Below, piece after piece: positions 1-9,540 of a stretch of DNA of 56,835 nt. The DNA comes from a virus (taxonomy: Duplodnaviria; Caudoviricetes). Where the stretch lies: positions 1 to 56,835 of IMG/VR virus record IMGVR_UViG_3300001751_000003, one strand, 5' to 3'. Positions within the stretch are counted from its first letter, which is position 1. Each line of letters opens with the position of its first letter. The notes beneath the pieces are model-generated. The model did not search any database, had not been told where the DNA came from, and worked only from the letters and a program-made list of their open reading frames with translations. Made by a program: the position numbers and the translations under genes.

Positions 1-65
1 TATTATATATATATATATATAGTTACCTAATATAATATATATATATATATATATATATAGAAAAG
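1..65. repeat. Terminal direct repeat (65 bp), identical to 56771-56835; probably the assembly overlap of a circular or permuted genome
   Basis: Exact match tattatatat...agttacctaa...atatagaaaag at both ends of the window. Confidence 0.9.
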
Positions 66-372
66 GTAATTCAAATTATTAACATATAACATATACATAT
101 GTATATATAATTATATATATAAAAATATATAATAGCTTATAAAAAATAAAATTTGGTAACAAATCGCTGTAAGCTAGATTACTACTAAGCTAGAGGCGTT
201 ACAACTATCAAGTAACACAAGTAACTTGATTCTTGTAATAAGCATTATAAGCAAATTACAAGATGTTACTAAAAAAGTAACGTTATTTTATTACAAGTAA
301 CATGTATATATATGTTTTATCATTTGTCAATTAAAAGGAATTTATTGCATCATGTAACTAGCATGTAACTAG
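1..372. other. Putative replication origin, right half: (TA)n core plus GTAAC/GTTAC iterons
   Basis: GTAAC/GTTAC at 22, 156, 198, 212, 221, 265, 277, 297, 354, 365; non-coding; continues across the join from 56571, beside the DUF927 helicase operon. Confidence 0.6.
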
Positions 373-658
373 AATAAAAATTATTGCAGTATAATTGATG
401 ATTTACTTTTAACCGAAAAATGATATAATGTAATTACTAATACATTAAATCTGATATATTTATGATATGAGGAATAAATATATTTTTATAATATAAGTGA
501 TAATATCTTTTTGTTTAGTTTTTATTTTTTTATTGGTTGTAAGGGTTTAAAAAAAATTACTGGATTTATTCTAGCAATTTTTTTATTTATGTAATATAAT
601 TTAAAATGAATTATGCATATATGACAAACGGATCAGTCATTCTTTCTAAACATGAGCG

Positions 659-688
659 AGCCCGATATATAAAATTATATATCGGGCT
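659..688. repeat. Perfect 14-bp inverted repeat (operator or hairpin)
   Basis: agcccgatatataa-aa-ttatatatcgggct, just upstream of a TTGACG-17-TATAAT promoter at 702-730. Confidence 0.7.
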
Positions 689-882
689 ATAAAAATATCA
701 TTTGACGATATTTATTCTATGTAATATAATAAATTCAAATACTAAAATAAACGATATTGATTGTTATTTTTTTCCGAATATATTTAAAATATATTCGTTC
801 TCCTAGTAAAAGTAGATTTATTTTTTTGTTAAAGTATCATATTTTAGATATGATACTTTTTTTGTTTTTTTTTGGAAAAACA

Positions 883-911
883 TTGACAATATATCTATTA
901 CGTAATATAAT
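883..911 (+). promoter_or_regulatory. Consensus sigmaA early promoter, copy 1
   Basis: TTGACA(883)-17 bp-TATAAT(906) within ACGTAATATAATTATAGTATA; AGGAGG RBS before 962. Confidence 0.85.
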
Positions 912-961
912 TATAGTATATAAAAATAAATTTTTTAAAAAATCTAGGAGGTAAAAAATCT

Positions 962-2539
962 ATGACATTAAAACAATTATCTAAAGAAATTCAAGGTTTA
1001 TTAGAGGAAGGTATTGCTATAATATATGTTTGGAAAATAGATAAAAGCTGGAAATTTTATGAATTCTGGTATGAAGATTTAAACGAAAAAACATTTTCAT
1101 TGGAAGATAAAATGTTAATAGATAGTATTATGGAAGCTGACAAAGCTGCAACAAGCTTCAATGGATATGAAGAATTCGGCAGTTACACTTTAAAATATAT
1201 TGAAGATAGAATTAAATATGGATATTTGAGAAGCAAACAAGATATAAGAGAAAATGAAATTGAAAAAGCATTCAAAAAGATTGAAGATAAAAAAGAAGAA
1301 GTTAAAGAAGATCAAACATTTCTTGAATCAGAAATCGAATTTTGGAATGATGAAGTTGAAGAAGATAAAAAAGAAACTTCTAAATATAAAATAGGTCAAT
1401 ATCTTTACAATTGTGGAGATATGGCGAATGATTCGGGATGGTATAAAATTACAAACATAAACATTGACAAATTTGGAATTTTTTATGATGTTAATGAGAT
1501 AGGTGGAGACAGAAAAAACACTTATCATGAAGCATATATAAGCGAAGTCGATAGAATGAATGGATCGACAAGAATTGTAACAATGGAAGCTAAGATCAAG
1601 GCAACAAATGAATCATATGTTTATAATCAAATAAATGCTTTACTTGGCAAAGATCATGACGAAAGAATAGATATAGTTTCTAAAGATCATGAAGAAAAAA
1701 TAAAAGAAACTGAAGAAGTTAATAAAAAATGGTATCAAATCACAGATCATGAAGAAGAAGAAAAAAAAGAAATAATTAATAATTTAGTTGAAACTTGCAA
1801 TGCTGGAATTAAAACAGAAAAAGAAATTAGAATTTATTTCAATCGTTTAGCTAAAGATCAAAGAACAAAAGTTATTAATAAATTTCAAAGAGAAAAGAAG
1901 GGTTTAGACATTAATTTATTTTATTATAATACTTTTCTAAATGAAGAATTTTATTTATCAGAATTGCAAGAAATAAGATCAAAAATCATTAAATATATAG
2001 ACTTTCTTAATAATTTTAGAAATTCAGTTATAGAAGAAATCAATAATTATAATGAACAAATAAAAAATTTCAAGAAAGAAAAAGAACCTTTTTATAATAA
2101 TACTTTCAAAATTTTAAAAGATGAAGATTTTAAAATAATTAAATTAAATGCTGATATAACATTTGGAAATGGCAATCTTTGTTATATTGATGAATATACC
2201 CTATATCATAAAGACCTTGGATATGCTTCAATGAATGGACAAACCCCATATATTCCCGAAGGTGGAAGGGTTGCTTTAAAAGCAATGATAGATGAAAAAA
2301 CAATTGATTCAATACCTCATTGGATTGAGTCAGCTAAATTTAAATATACCTATAGATCAAGAGGGTTTTCTCCTTCTTGTCAGCCTATGAACGGATTAAT
2401 AAATCATGAGAATCAAAAAGGATACAAGTTTGAAGTTATAACTTATAACAGAAAACTAACTTGTAAAGAAATTTCTGATTTTGAATTAATTGATTTAAAT
2501 GAAGAGGGGATAAAATCCCCTCTTAGGAGTAGACTGTAA
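962..2539 (+). CDS. Large early polyvalent-type protein with a C-terminal DarA_C-like (defence against restriction A) domain
   Basis: C-terminus YTYRSRGFSPSCQP...ITYNRKLTCKEISDFEL resembles the DarA C-terminal consensus; strong promoter and RBS. Confidence 0.55.
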   Translation: MTLKQLSKEIQGLLEEGIAIIYVWKIDKSWKFYEFWYEDLNEKTFSLEDKMLIDSIMEADKAATSFNGYEEFGSYTLKYIEDRIKYGYLRSKQDIRENEIEKAFKKIEDKKEEVKEDQTFLESEIEFWNDEVEEDKKETSKYKIGQYLYNCGDMANDSGWYKITNINIDKFGIFYDVNEIGGDRKNTYHEAYISEVDRMNGSTRIVTMEAKIKATNESYVYNQINALLGKDHDERIDIVSKDHEEKIKETEEVNKKWYQITDHEEEEKKEIINNLVETCNAGIKTEKEIRIYFNRLAKDQRTKVINKFQREKKGLDINLFYYNTFLNEEFYLSELQEIRSKIIKYIDFLNNFRNSVIEEINNYNEQIKNFKKEKEPFYNNTFKILKDEDFKIIKLNADITFGNGNLCYIDEYTLYHKDLGYASMNGQTPYIPEGGRVALKAMIDEKTIDSIPHWIESAKFKYTYRSRGFSPSCQPMNGLINHENQKGYKFEVITYNRKLTCKEISDFELIDLNEEGIKSPLRSRL

Positions 2540-2707
2540 AGGTTTAGATTGATTTAAATATTATACTGTAATTTGTGCTTATTTTGTCATAAAAAAACAT
2601 TATTGATTAAAAACAAATAATATGATTGCCTTGAAATAAAAATACAAAATTAGGGCAAAATAAAAGCAAATTACAGTATATAAAAAAATATAAGGAGAAT
2701 TAATGAT

Positions 2708-3028
2708 ATGGAAAAAGATTATAGCAATATAAAAAATAATAGAATAATAAATTCATTGAAAATGTTGGAATTATTGAAAAATAATTCGAGAATGAAAGCT
2801 AGAGAAATAAGTGAAAAAATAGGTGTTAATAATCAAAGATCGATTTATTATTACAAGGTAACATTAGAACAACTAGGATATAAGATAGTCACTCATGGAG
2901 GATATGATGGAGGTTATGAACTTATCAAGCCTGAAAGATTGACAGAGGATGAACTAGATTATATTGCGGAAAAAATAAATGATTCTTCTTTAATGAGAAA
3001 AATTGAAAGAATAAATAAAAGAGATTAA
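2708..3028 (+). CDS. Winged HTH (HTH_11/PafB-like N-terminal) DNA-binding protein
   Basis: MKAREISEKIGV..RSIYYY..LEQLGY.I...GGYDGGYEL pattern. Confidence 0.65.
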   Translation: MEKDYSNIKNNRIINSLKMLELLKNNSRMKAREISEKIGVNNQRSIYYYKVTLEQLGYKIVTHGGYDGGYELIKPERLTEDELDYIAEKINDSSLMRKIERINKRD

Positions 3029-3029
3029 A

Positions 3030-3647
3030 TTGGAGGAAATTAAAATGAATAAAAATAAATCAATAGTAAAAATAATAATGATTGTAAGTGGTATTTTCTT
3101 TATAGGCTGTTTTCTGGTATGTTTAGGAATTGGAAGTTTCTTTATAAGTGATAGTGAAATTCAAACCCCAAATAATAAAAATAATTCTGAATACAAAACT
3201 AAACTTTTAAAAGATAAGAAAATAGCTAAAATTAAAAATACTAAAAAATCAACAACTACAAAATTAAAGGCTACAACTAAAAAGCCTACTCCAACAGCGA
3301 CACCTAAAAAGACAGCCACAAAAAAACCAGTTAGTCAATTGAATGATCAATTAAAGATTTTAAAAGAAAATTTTAAGGACTCAGCAAATATTAAGTATAA
3401 AAAAGATATCAAGATTATAGAAATTATTCCAATTGAAAAATCATTTATGCTTGAAGCTATGCAAGCATACAATGGAGATATAGAAAAAACAATAATTTGG
3501 AATGATTTAGTAGAAAGTATAAGAAAGATATCTCAACAAATAGAAGATAATCAAATAAGTATAGTAATTGTTAATAATCTAAATTCAGAAAATTATTTAT
3601 TAATAATTCAAGATGGAATAGTATTATATGATTTTATAAATAGTTAG
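3030..3647 (+). CDS. Membrane-anchored protein with a Thr/Lys/Pro-rich linker (possible superinfection-exclusion or surface protein)
   Basis: N-terminal hydrophobic helix IIMIVSGIFFIGCFLVCLGIGSFFI, then KSTTTKLKATTKKPTPTATPKK; likely start 3045. Confidence 0.5.
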   Translation: MEEIKMNKNKSIVKIIMIVSGIFFIGCFLVCLGIGSFFISDSEIQTPNNKNNSEYKTKLLKDKKIAKIKNTKKSTTTKLKATTKKPTPTATPKKTATKKPVSQLNDQLKILKENFKDSANIKYKKDIKIIEIIPIEKSFMLEAMQAYNGDIEKTIIWNDLVESIRKISQQIEDNQISIVIVNNLNSENYLLIIQDGIVLYDFINS

Positions 3648-3812
3648 TAGGTGATATTATGCCAAATCCAGAAGAAACATACAAAGATATCATTGATAAA
3701 AAAGAAATTGAAGAACAAAAGAAAAGAGAAGAAATAATTAAATCTAATAATAAAAGCTTTGATGAAGATCAATTTAAAGAAAATTTAAAAAAGGTAAAGG
3801 AGAATTTAAGAA

Positions 3813-4148
3813 ATGTTTAATAATTTTAAAAAAGAAAAAAATTCGGCAAAAAAAAGCATTATAAGTATGTTGGAAACTATTAAGGAAGCCTTAGAAACTG
3901 TAGAATTAAAGTCTGAAGTAATTCTAGTTAATGAAATTATTGATAATATTAATGATTCGATTAATGAAAATAATGATGCTAGAACTTACAAAAAACCATG
4001 TTATATTGATATAGATTATTCCACTGGTTCTAAAGATGATGATTCTATTATTATCAACAATAATAAAGGACAGATTAACAATGTAAATGGCAATGGTATT
4101 ATTAATTCAAATCAAACAATAAAATATAATACAAAATTTAAAATTTGA
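3813..4148 (+). CDS. Hypothetical protein
   Basis: 111-aa ORF with AAGGAG RBS in the early operon. Confidence 0.55.
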   Translation: MFNNFKKEKNSAKKSIISMLETIKEALETVELKSEVILVNEIIDNINDSINENNDARTYKKPCYIDIDYSTGSKDDDSIIINNNKGQINNVNGNGIINSNQTIKYNTKFKI

Positions 4149-4421
4149 AATAATGTATTTAAAATGTACCGTAAGAGGAAGAAATCCAATTTATTCAATT
4201 ATAGATAATAACAAGGCTATTGCTAATTTATTTATTAAAAATAGAGAAGTTGAAAAAATAAATATATTAAAAAGTTATATTTCTTTTAATGAATTTGATG
4301 AAATATATAAATTGATATTTTCTTATAATCAAACATTGAATAAATTTCATAAATAGTATTAAAGCATAAAGCATTATGCTTTAAATAAATAAAAAAAAAT
4401 AAAAGAAAAGAGGATTTTAAA

Positions 4422-5423
4422 ATGTCAGAAAAAATTACACAAAAAAGTAATAAATCTATTATATGGGATGCATATAAAGAAAAATTAGAAGAGGTTAAAA
4501 GATTAAAAAATGAAACAATATCTGAAAAGAGAGATAATGCCACTATATCAATGGCTAATACTGTAGTTAAAGATTATAATATTATAACAAAAGGTTTAAA
4601 TACTTTCTTAAATGATTTTAATGAAAAAGTTAATACTTTAAATGATCTTGATAAAGCTATTTTAATTAAATCTAAGTAAATGAAAAGCTTGTATGATATT
4701 GAGGTTGAAGCTTCAAGCCTTGAAGCTGTTAAATTGGCTATTAATGAACTTGATAAGGAAAGAGATTCTTTAGAAAATAAGTTGGAAGAAAAAGAAGATG
4801 AAATCAATGATTTCTATGATGAAGGAATAAAAGAAGCTAAGAAAAAAATAGAAGAATTTAAGGAAGAAGAATCAAAGAAATTTGATAGGGAAAAAGATCA
4901 AAAGAATTATGATTTTATAAGGGAAAAGAAACTTAGGGAAGACAAATTAAAAGATGAATTATCATATCAGAAAAAGACTTTTGATGAATATGTTTCTAAT
5001 AGAAAAAAAGAAATTGAAAATGAAAATAAAGAACTAGATCAAAGAATTAAAATAATTGAATTAAGAGAAGAAGATATAAATGAATTACAAAATGAAATAA
5101 AAGATTTAAAAGATAAAAATCAAAAAATCTATGATGAAACAAAAGAAGAAATCAAGAAAAAAATGGAAGAAGAAAAAGAAACTGCCTTACGTATTCAAAA
5201 TGCTAGATGTGAATCGGATAAACTTCATCTAAATTCTATCATAGATTTAAAGAATGATACAATCATAGATTTAAAACAAAATATAAAATCATTAGAAAAT
5301 AAGCTGGATGCCGCTTATGTAAAAGTCAATGAAGTAGCAACAAGTGCCATTAGTTCAACCAAGGAAAAGGAATTAAGGGATTTTATGTCCAATACAATAA
5401 AATCTGTTAAAAGTGAAAAATAA
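4422..5423 (+). CDS. Coiled-coil protein apparently split by an in-frame TAA (4677-4679) into 85-aa and 247-aa ORFs
   Basis: Both ORFs share a frame, ATG directly follows TAA, and E/K-rich heptads run through both. Confidence 0.5.
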
Positions 5424-5629
5424 TGAAAATAAATAAGGATATTAAAAACAGAGATAATAATAATAATAATAATGTGAAGTATTGCAAAGTTTGTGGATGT
5501 AATTATCATAATGACTTGTATGGACGTTTAGAACATGAAACATACATAAAATGCGGACATTCTTGTTGCGATATGAAACCAAAATGTTTTGTTTGTAAAG
5601 ATGACGATTGTACATGTAACGAACATTAA
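5423..5629 (+). CDS. Small Cys-rich (zinc-binding) hypothetical protein
   Basis: CKVCGC, CGHSCC and CFVC motifs. Confidence 0.5.
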   Translation: MKINKDIKNRDNNNNNNVKYCKVCGCNYHNDLYGRLEHETYIKCGHSCCDMKPKCFVCKDDDCTCNEH

Positions 5630-5657
5630 AAAAAGGGCTTTAAGCTCTTTTTTTTTT
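5628..5657 (+). terminator. Intrinsic terminator ending the early operon
   Basis: aaaagggc/gctctttt stem followed by a long T tract. Confidence 0.6.
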
Positions 5658-5737
5658 GCATACTTTGATAAATTCTGAGCTTTCTTTTTGTTTTACAATA
5701 TTTATAGTACAATATAGGTAAAAATAGGGGTGATAAG

Positions 5738-6592
5738 ATGAAATATGGCAAAATGAAGGTTGAGAAGGTAAATATAAATGATTTAATTTTTCCTGAATAT
5801 AATCCAAGAAGAGAATTGAAACCAGGGAATGAAGAATACAAAAATATAAAAAATAGTATTGAAAAGTTTGGTTATATTGATCCAATAATAATAAATAAAG
5901 ATAATACAATAATAGGTGGAAATCAAAGAGGAAATGTATTAAAAGACCTTGGTTATAATGATATTGATGTTATAAGATTAAGTCTTAATAAAATAGATGA
6001 AAAAGCCTTAAACATTGCACTTAATAAAATATCAGGTGAATGGAATAATCAGAAATTATATGAACTCTTGAAAGATTTTGAAGAAGATAATTTTCTTGTA
6101 ACTGGTTTCGATAATGAAGAATTCAAAGAACTAGAAAAGGAATTTAATGAATTAAATAATTCTGAAGGAACCGGATCAAATGAAAATGATAATAATAATG
6201 CTGAAAGCCTATATACTGATAAAATAGAAATTCCTGAGTATACTCCAAAAATGGAGGAAGCACCACCTATTAATGATCTTGTCAATGCTGATAAAACAAA
6301 AGAATTAATTAAAAAAATTGAATCAAGTAATATTGATGATAAAACAAAAGAATTTTTAATATTAGCGGCAAATAGATTTTTAACTTTCAATTATGAAAAT
6401 ATTGCAGAATTTTATTGTCATCAAAATAATGAAACCCAAGAATTAATGGAAAGTTTGGCTCTTATTATAATTGATATGGATAAAGCTATAGTCAATAATT
6501 TAGTTGATTTTTCTAAAAAATTAAATGAATTAAGAGAAGATCAAAAAGATCCCATTGATAAAGATTTATTTGAGGATGGTGATTTTAATTGA
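5738..6592 (+). CDS. ParB/Srx N-terminal domain protein (type associated with DNA modification and packaging)
   Basis: YNPR...IKNSIEKFGYIDPIIIN...IIGGNQR...EKALNIALNKISGEW. Confidence 0.8.
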   Translation: MKYGKMKVEKVNINDLIFPEYNPRRELKPGNEEYKNIKNSIEKFGYIDPIIINKDNTIIGGNQRGNVLKDLGYNDIDVIRLSLNKIDEKALNIALNKISGEWNNQKLYELLKDFEEDNFLVTGFDNEEFKELEKEFNELNNSEGTGSNENDNNNAESLYTDKIEIPEYTPKMEEAPPINDLVNADKTKELIKKIESSNIDDKTKEFLILAANRFLTFNYENIAEFYCHQNNETQELMESLALIIIDMDKAIVNNLVDFSKKLNELREDQKDPIDKDLFEDGDFN

Positions 6593-7455
6593 GAAATGAT
6601 TTTTGTGTTTTTATTTTAAGCCATGGAAGAGCCGAAAAAATACATACACTTGATATGCTGAATAATCTTGGATATAGCGGTAAATGGTTTATTGTAATTG
6701 ACAATGAGGATAAAACTTCGGATCAATATTTTGAGAAATATGGAGCTGATAAAGTTATAATGTTTGATAAAGATCAAGCCTATAAAAAGTTTGATAGAGC
6801 TGAAAATTTTACTGATAGAAAAGTGATATTTGCAGCAAGAAATATTTGTTTTGATTTAGCAAAAGAATTAAATTATAAATATTTTATGGAGTTGGATGAT
6901 GATTATAAATCAATAGATTATAGATTTAATAAAGATTTAGAATATAGGCATAAAAAGATAGAAACGCCTATTTTTGATCATATTATTGATAATATGATTA
7001 AATTTCTTGAATGTAATAAAAATATTGTAACTATAACACTTGCCCAAGGTGGTGACTTTATCGGTGGCACTAACAATCCAAATGGAAAGCGAATAAGAAT
7101 AAAAAGAAAAGCCATGAATAGTTTTTTATGTAGCACCGAAAAACCATTTAATTTTGTTGGTAATATTAACGAGGATGTAAATACTTATGTTCGATTAGGA
7201 CAAGAAGGCAAAATATTTATTATGTTGAATCATATAGCCTTAGAACAATATCAAACACAAAAACAATCTGGTGGAATGACTGAAATATATTTAAAATATG
7301 GAACTTATGTTAAAAGTTTTTATACTGTAATGATTTGTCCTTCATGTGTAAAAATTTCAATGCTAATAAATAACAAGTCAAAAAGAATGCACCATAAAAT
7401 ATCATGGAAAAATGCCGTTCCTTGCATTCTCAATGAAAAATATAAAAAGAGTTGA
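6589..7455 (+). CDS. TAGT/GREB1-like GT-A glycosyltransferase
   Basis: ILSHGRA, ARN, ELDDD, KRKAMNSF, NEDV, GGMTEIY, RMHH.I.W motifs; coupled to ParB and terminase genes. Confidence 0.7.
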   Translation: MRNDFCVFILSHGRAEKIHTLDMLNNLGYSGKWFIVIDNEDKTSDQYFEKYGADKVIMFDKDQAYKKFDRAENFTDRKVIFAARNICFDLAKELNYKYFMELDDDYKSIDYRFNKDLEYRHKKIETPIFDHIIDNMIKFLECNKNIVTITLAQGGDFIGGTNNPNGKRIRIKRKAMNSFLCSTEKPFNFVGNINEDVNTYVRLGQEGKIFIMLNHIALEQYQTQKQSGGMTEIYLKYGTYVKSFYTVMICPSCVKISMLINNKSKRMHHKISWKNAVPCILNEKYKKS

Positions 7456-8072
7456 TCTATATGCCAAAAGAAAAAAAAACTGGCAGAAATAATGCATATG
7501 ATACTATAATCGAGCCTAATCTAAATAAAATAAAGTTTTGGCTAAACGAGGGTTATTCTCACAAACAAATTTATGAAATGTTGGGAATAAGCAAAGCAAC
7601 TTTTTATAAATATTCTGAATTGAAAACAGACTTTAAAGACATATTAAGTAATAGTAAACAAAACTTAGAAATAAAACTAACGGACGCATTATACAAAGAA
7701 GGAACTGGCTTTGAGCATACGGAAACTCATATTGAAATTGATGAGGAAGTCTTGGTTAGTAATGGGATAGAGAATGTTATAAAAAGAAAGAGAAAACAAA
7801 AGAAAATCACTAAATTTCATAGAGGTAATGTAAATGCCTTGATATTTGCATTATGTAATAGATTTCCGACTAAATGGAAAAGAGTTGATCAAGAAGTTAT
7901 TGAAGAATTTTCTAAAGGTAGAGTTAAATTAAATATAACTGATAAATATATTGATAAAGCTTTTGAGGCTCTATATCCTGCCATAAATGATGAAGATTTC
8001 ATCGAGCTTGAAAAACAAGTAAAGGAAGAAGAGATATTAAATGCCAAAACTGAAAACAAAAAAGAAGAATGA
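7452..8072 (+). CDS. terS: Terminase small subunit (HTH)
   Basis: HTH GYSHKQIYEMLGISKATFYKY, ALIFALCNRFPTKW; directly upstream of TerL. Confidence 0.7.
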   Translation: MIYMPKEKKTGRNNAYDTIIEPNLNKIKFWLNEGYSHKQIYEMLGISKATFYKYSELKTDFKDILSNSKQNLEIKLTDALYKEGTGFEHTETHIEIDEEVLVSNGIENVIKRKRKQKKITKFHRGNVNALIFALCNRFPTKWKRVDQEVIEEFSKGRVKLNITDKYIDKAFEALYPAINDEDFIELEKQVKEEEILNAKTENKKEE

Positions 8073-9504
8073 AAGAACCATAATTCGGCAATGTGATTTA
8101 GTTTCCTTTGCTCTTATAAATGCAATAAATTTAAGAAAACAATCTATTCCTAGTTTTTCAAATATCGTTGATATTGATGAAAGTTACATTGGAACAGCAC
8201 CAAGAACGAAAAAAGATTTGGCAATTTATTGTGCCACAGTATTAAATAATAAGTTTCCATATCCTAGATCAACTAACGAATATTGTGTAAAAAATGATCA
8301 TAAATCGCCATTGGATGCGATATGGAGTGCCTATTCTGAACAGGATTCATTTTCAATCTGGTATGCTATGCGTGGAAGTGGCAAAACTCGTGCTTTAGCA
8401 TTGTTGGGATGGTTTGAAAGTGTATTCAAGCCGCATTGTTGGACTACAGTTCTTGGAGGAAGCTTAGAACAATCAATAAAAGCTGTTTCATACACAAATG
8501 AAATATGGAATATGCCTTCAATAGCTCAATTAAGAAATAAATTACTTGTAAATGGTCAAGTAGCTGGAAGAGGTTTCAAAACTACTCATGGATCACAATT
8601 TCAAGCTTTAGCAGCCTCAACCAAATCAATAAGAGGTCCCCATCCTCAAAAGTTAAGACTTGATGAAGTTGATGAAATGGAAGAAAAAATTTATTTAGGG
8701 GCCCTTGGGCAACCTAAGACAAATTATGGAATTTTAGATAATGTAATTATTTCCTCAACACTTCATAATGCTTTTGGTCTAATGTCTAATATAATCGATA
8801 GTAGACATGAAATTGGAGCAGATTTATATGCCTGGTGTATTAATGAAGTATTAGAACCAAGAGGTTTTTGGACATTAGAAGAATATGAGAGAAAAGTAAG
8901 ACAATGCACCAAGGCAATGGTTGATGCTGAATATCTATTAAAAAGACCTAAAGTCGGGGAAACGATTTTTGAATTCGATTCCGTTGATAGATCATATAAT
9001 AGAGGTAGAAAAGATAAATTCCAGAAAAAAGTTTATACTGAGGCTGGAATTGATTGGGGATATTCATTTACGGCATTATCTATTGTTCAAGACCCAAGGG
9101 AAGTTTTCAGAAATAATATAACTAAATATTGGGAATATGTAGAATTAAAAGAACGTTGCGAAAATATCGCAAAATTATGTATAGAGTATAATATAACAAG
9201 AGTATATTGTGATAGTAATCCTAAAGATAGCAATATAACTTTGCAAAAAACTTTAAGAGAAAAAAGAGTTCCAACTCAAGTTATACCAATTGCATTCAAC
9301 AAATGGAAAGATATAGGCATCAATGTATTAAGATTTTTATTAGAAAGAAATAAATTAAATATTACTAGCAAAATAGCCCAGGAAAAAATGAAAAAATATC
9401 ACTATAGTAATCCAGATTTAGGACAGATAGCAAAAGAGGATGACCACATTCCAGATAGTTTGATTGCTTGGGCTACAAGTAGGTATAAAATCTTAGGAAT
9501 TTAG
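8041..9504 (+). CDS. terL: Terminase large subunit
   Basis: Walker A AMRGSGKT, Walker B LRLDE, RNase H-like GIDWG and DDHIPD. Confidence 0.9.
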   Translation: MPKLKTKKKNERTIIRQCDLVSFALINAINLRKQSIPSFSNIVDIDESYIGTAPRTKKDLAIYCATVLNNKFPYPRSTNEYCVKNDHKSPLDAIWSAYSEQDSFSIWYAMRGSGKTRALALLGWFESVFKPHCWTTVLGGSLEQSIKAVSYTNEIWNMPSIAQLRNKLLVNGQVAGRGFKTTHGSQFQALAASTKSIRGPHPQKLRLDEVDEMEEKIYLGALGQPKTNYGILDNVIISSTLHNAFGLMSNIIDSRHEIGADLYAWCINEVLEPRGFWTLEEYERKVRQCTKAMVDAEYLLKRPKVGETIFEFDSVDRSYNRGRKDKFQKKVYTEAGIDWGYSFTALSIVQDPREVFRNNITKYWEYVELKERCENIAKLCIEYNITRVYCDSNPKDSNITLQKTLREKRVPTQVIPIAFNKWKDIGINVLRFLLERNKLNITSKIAQEKMKKYHYSNPDLGQIAKEDDHIPDSLIAWATSRYKILGI

Positions 9505-9540
9505 GAGATAGAAAAAAAATTATTAAAGGAGTGAATTAAA

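Noticed and set aside
1-65. Terminal repeat as a biological DTR or protelomerase hairpin end
   Set aside because: It is short, lies in low-complexity (TA)n and looks like an assembler overlap; no protelomerase gene is seen
757-954. 65-aa ORF from the track
   Set aside because: It overlaps the consensus promoter and RBS of 962, has a TTG start without an RBS, and its composition reflects T-tracts
4677-4679. Genome-wide stop-codon reassignment
   Set aside because: TAA, TAG and TGA all end well-conserved genes, and long genes are intact under code 11
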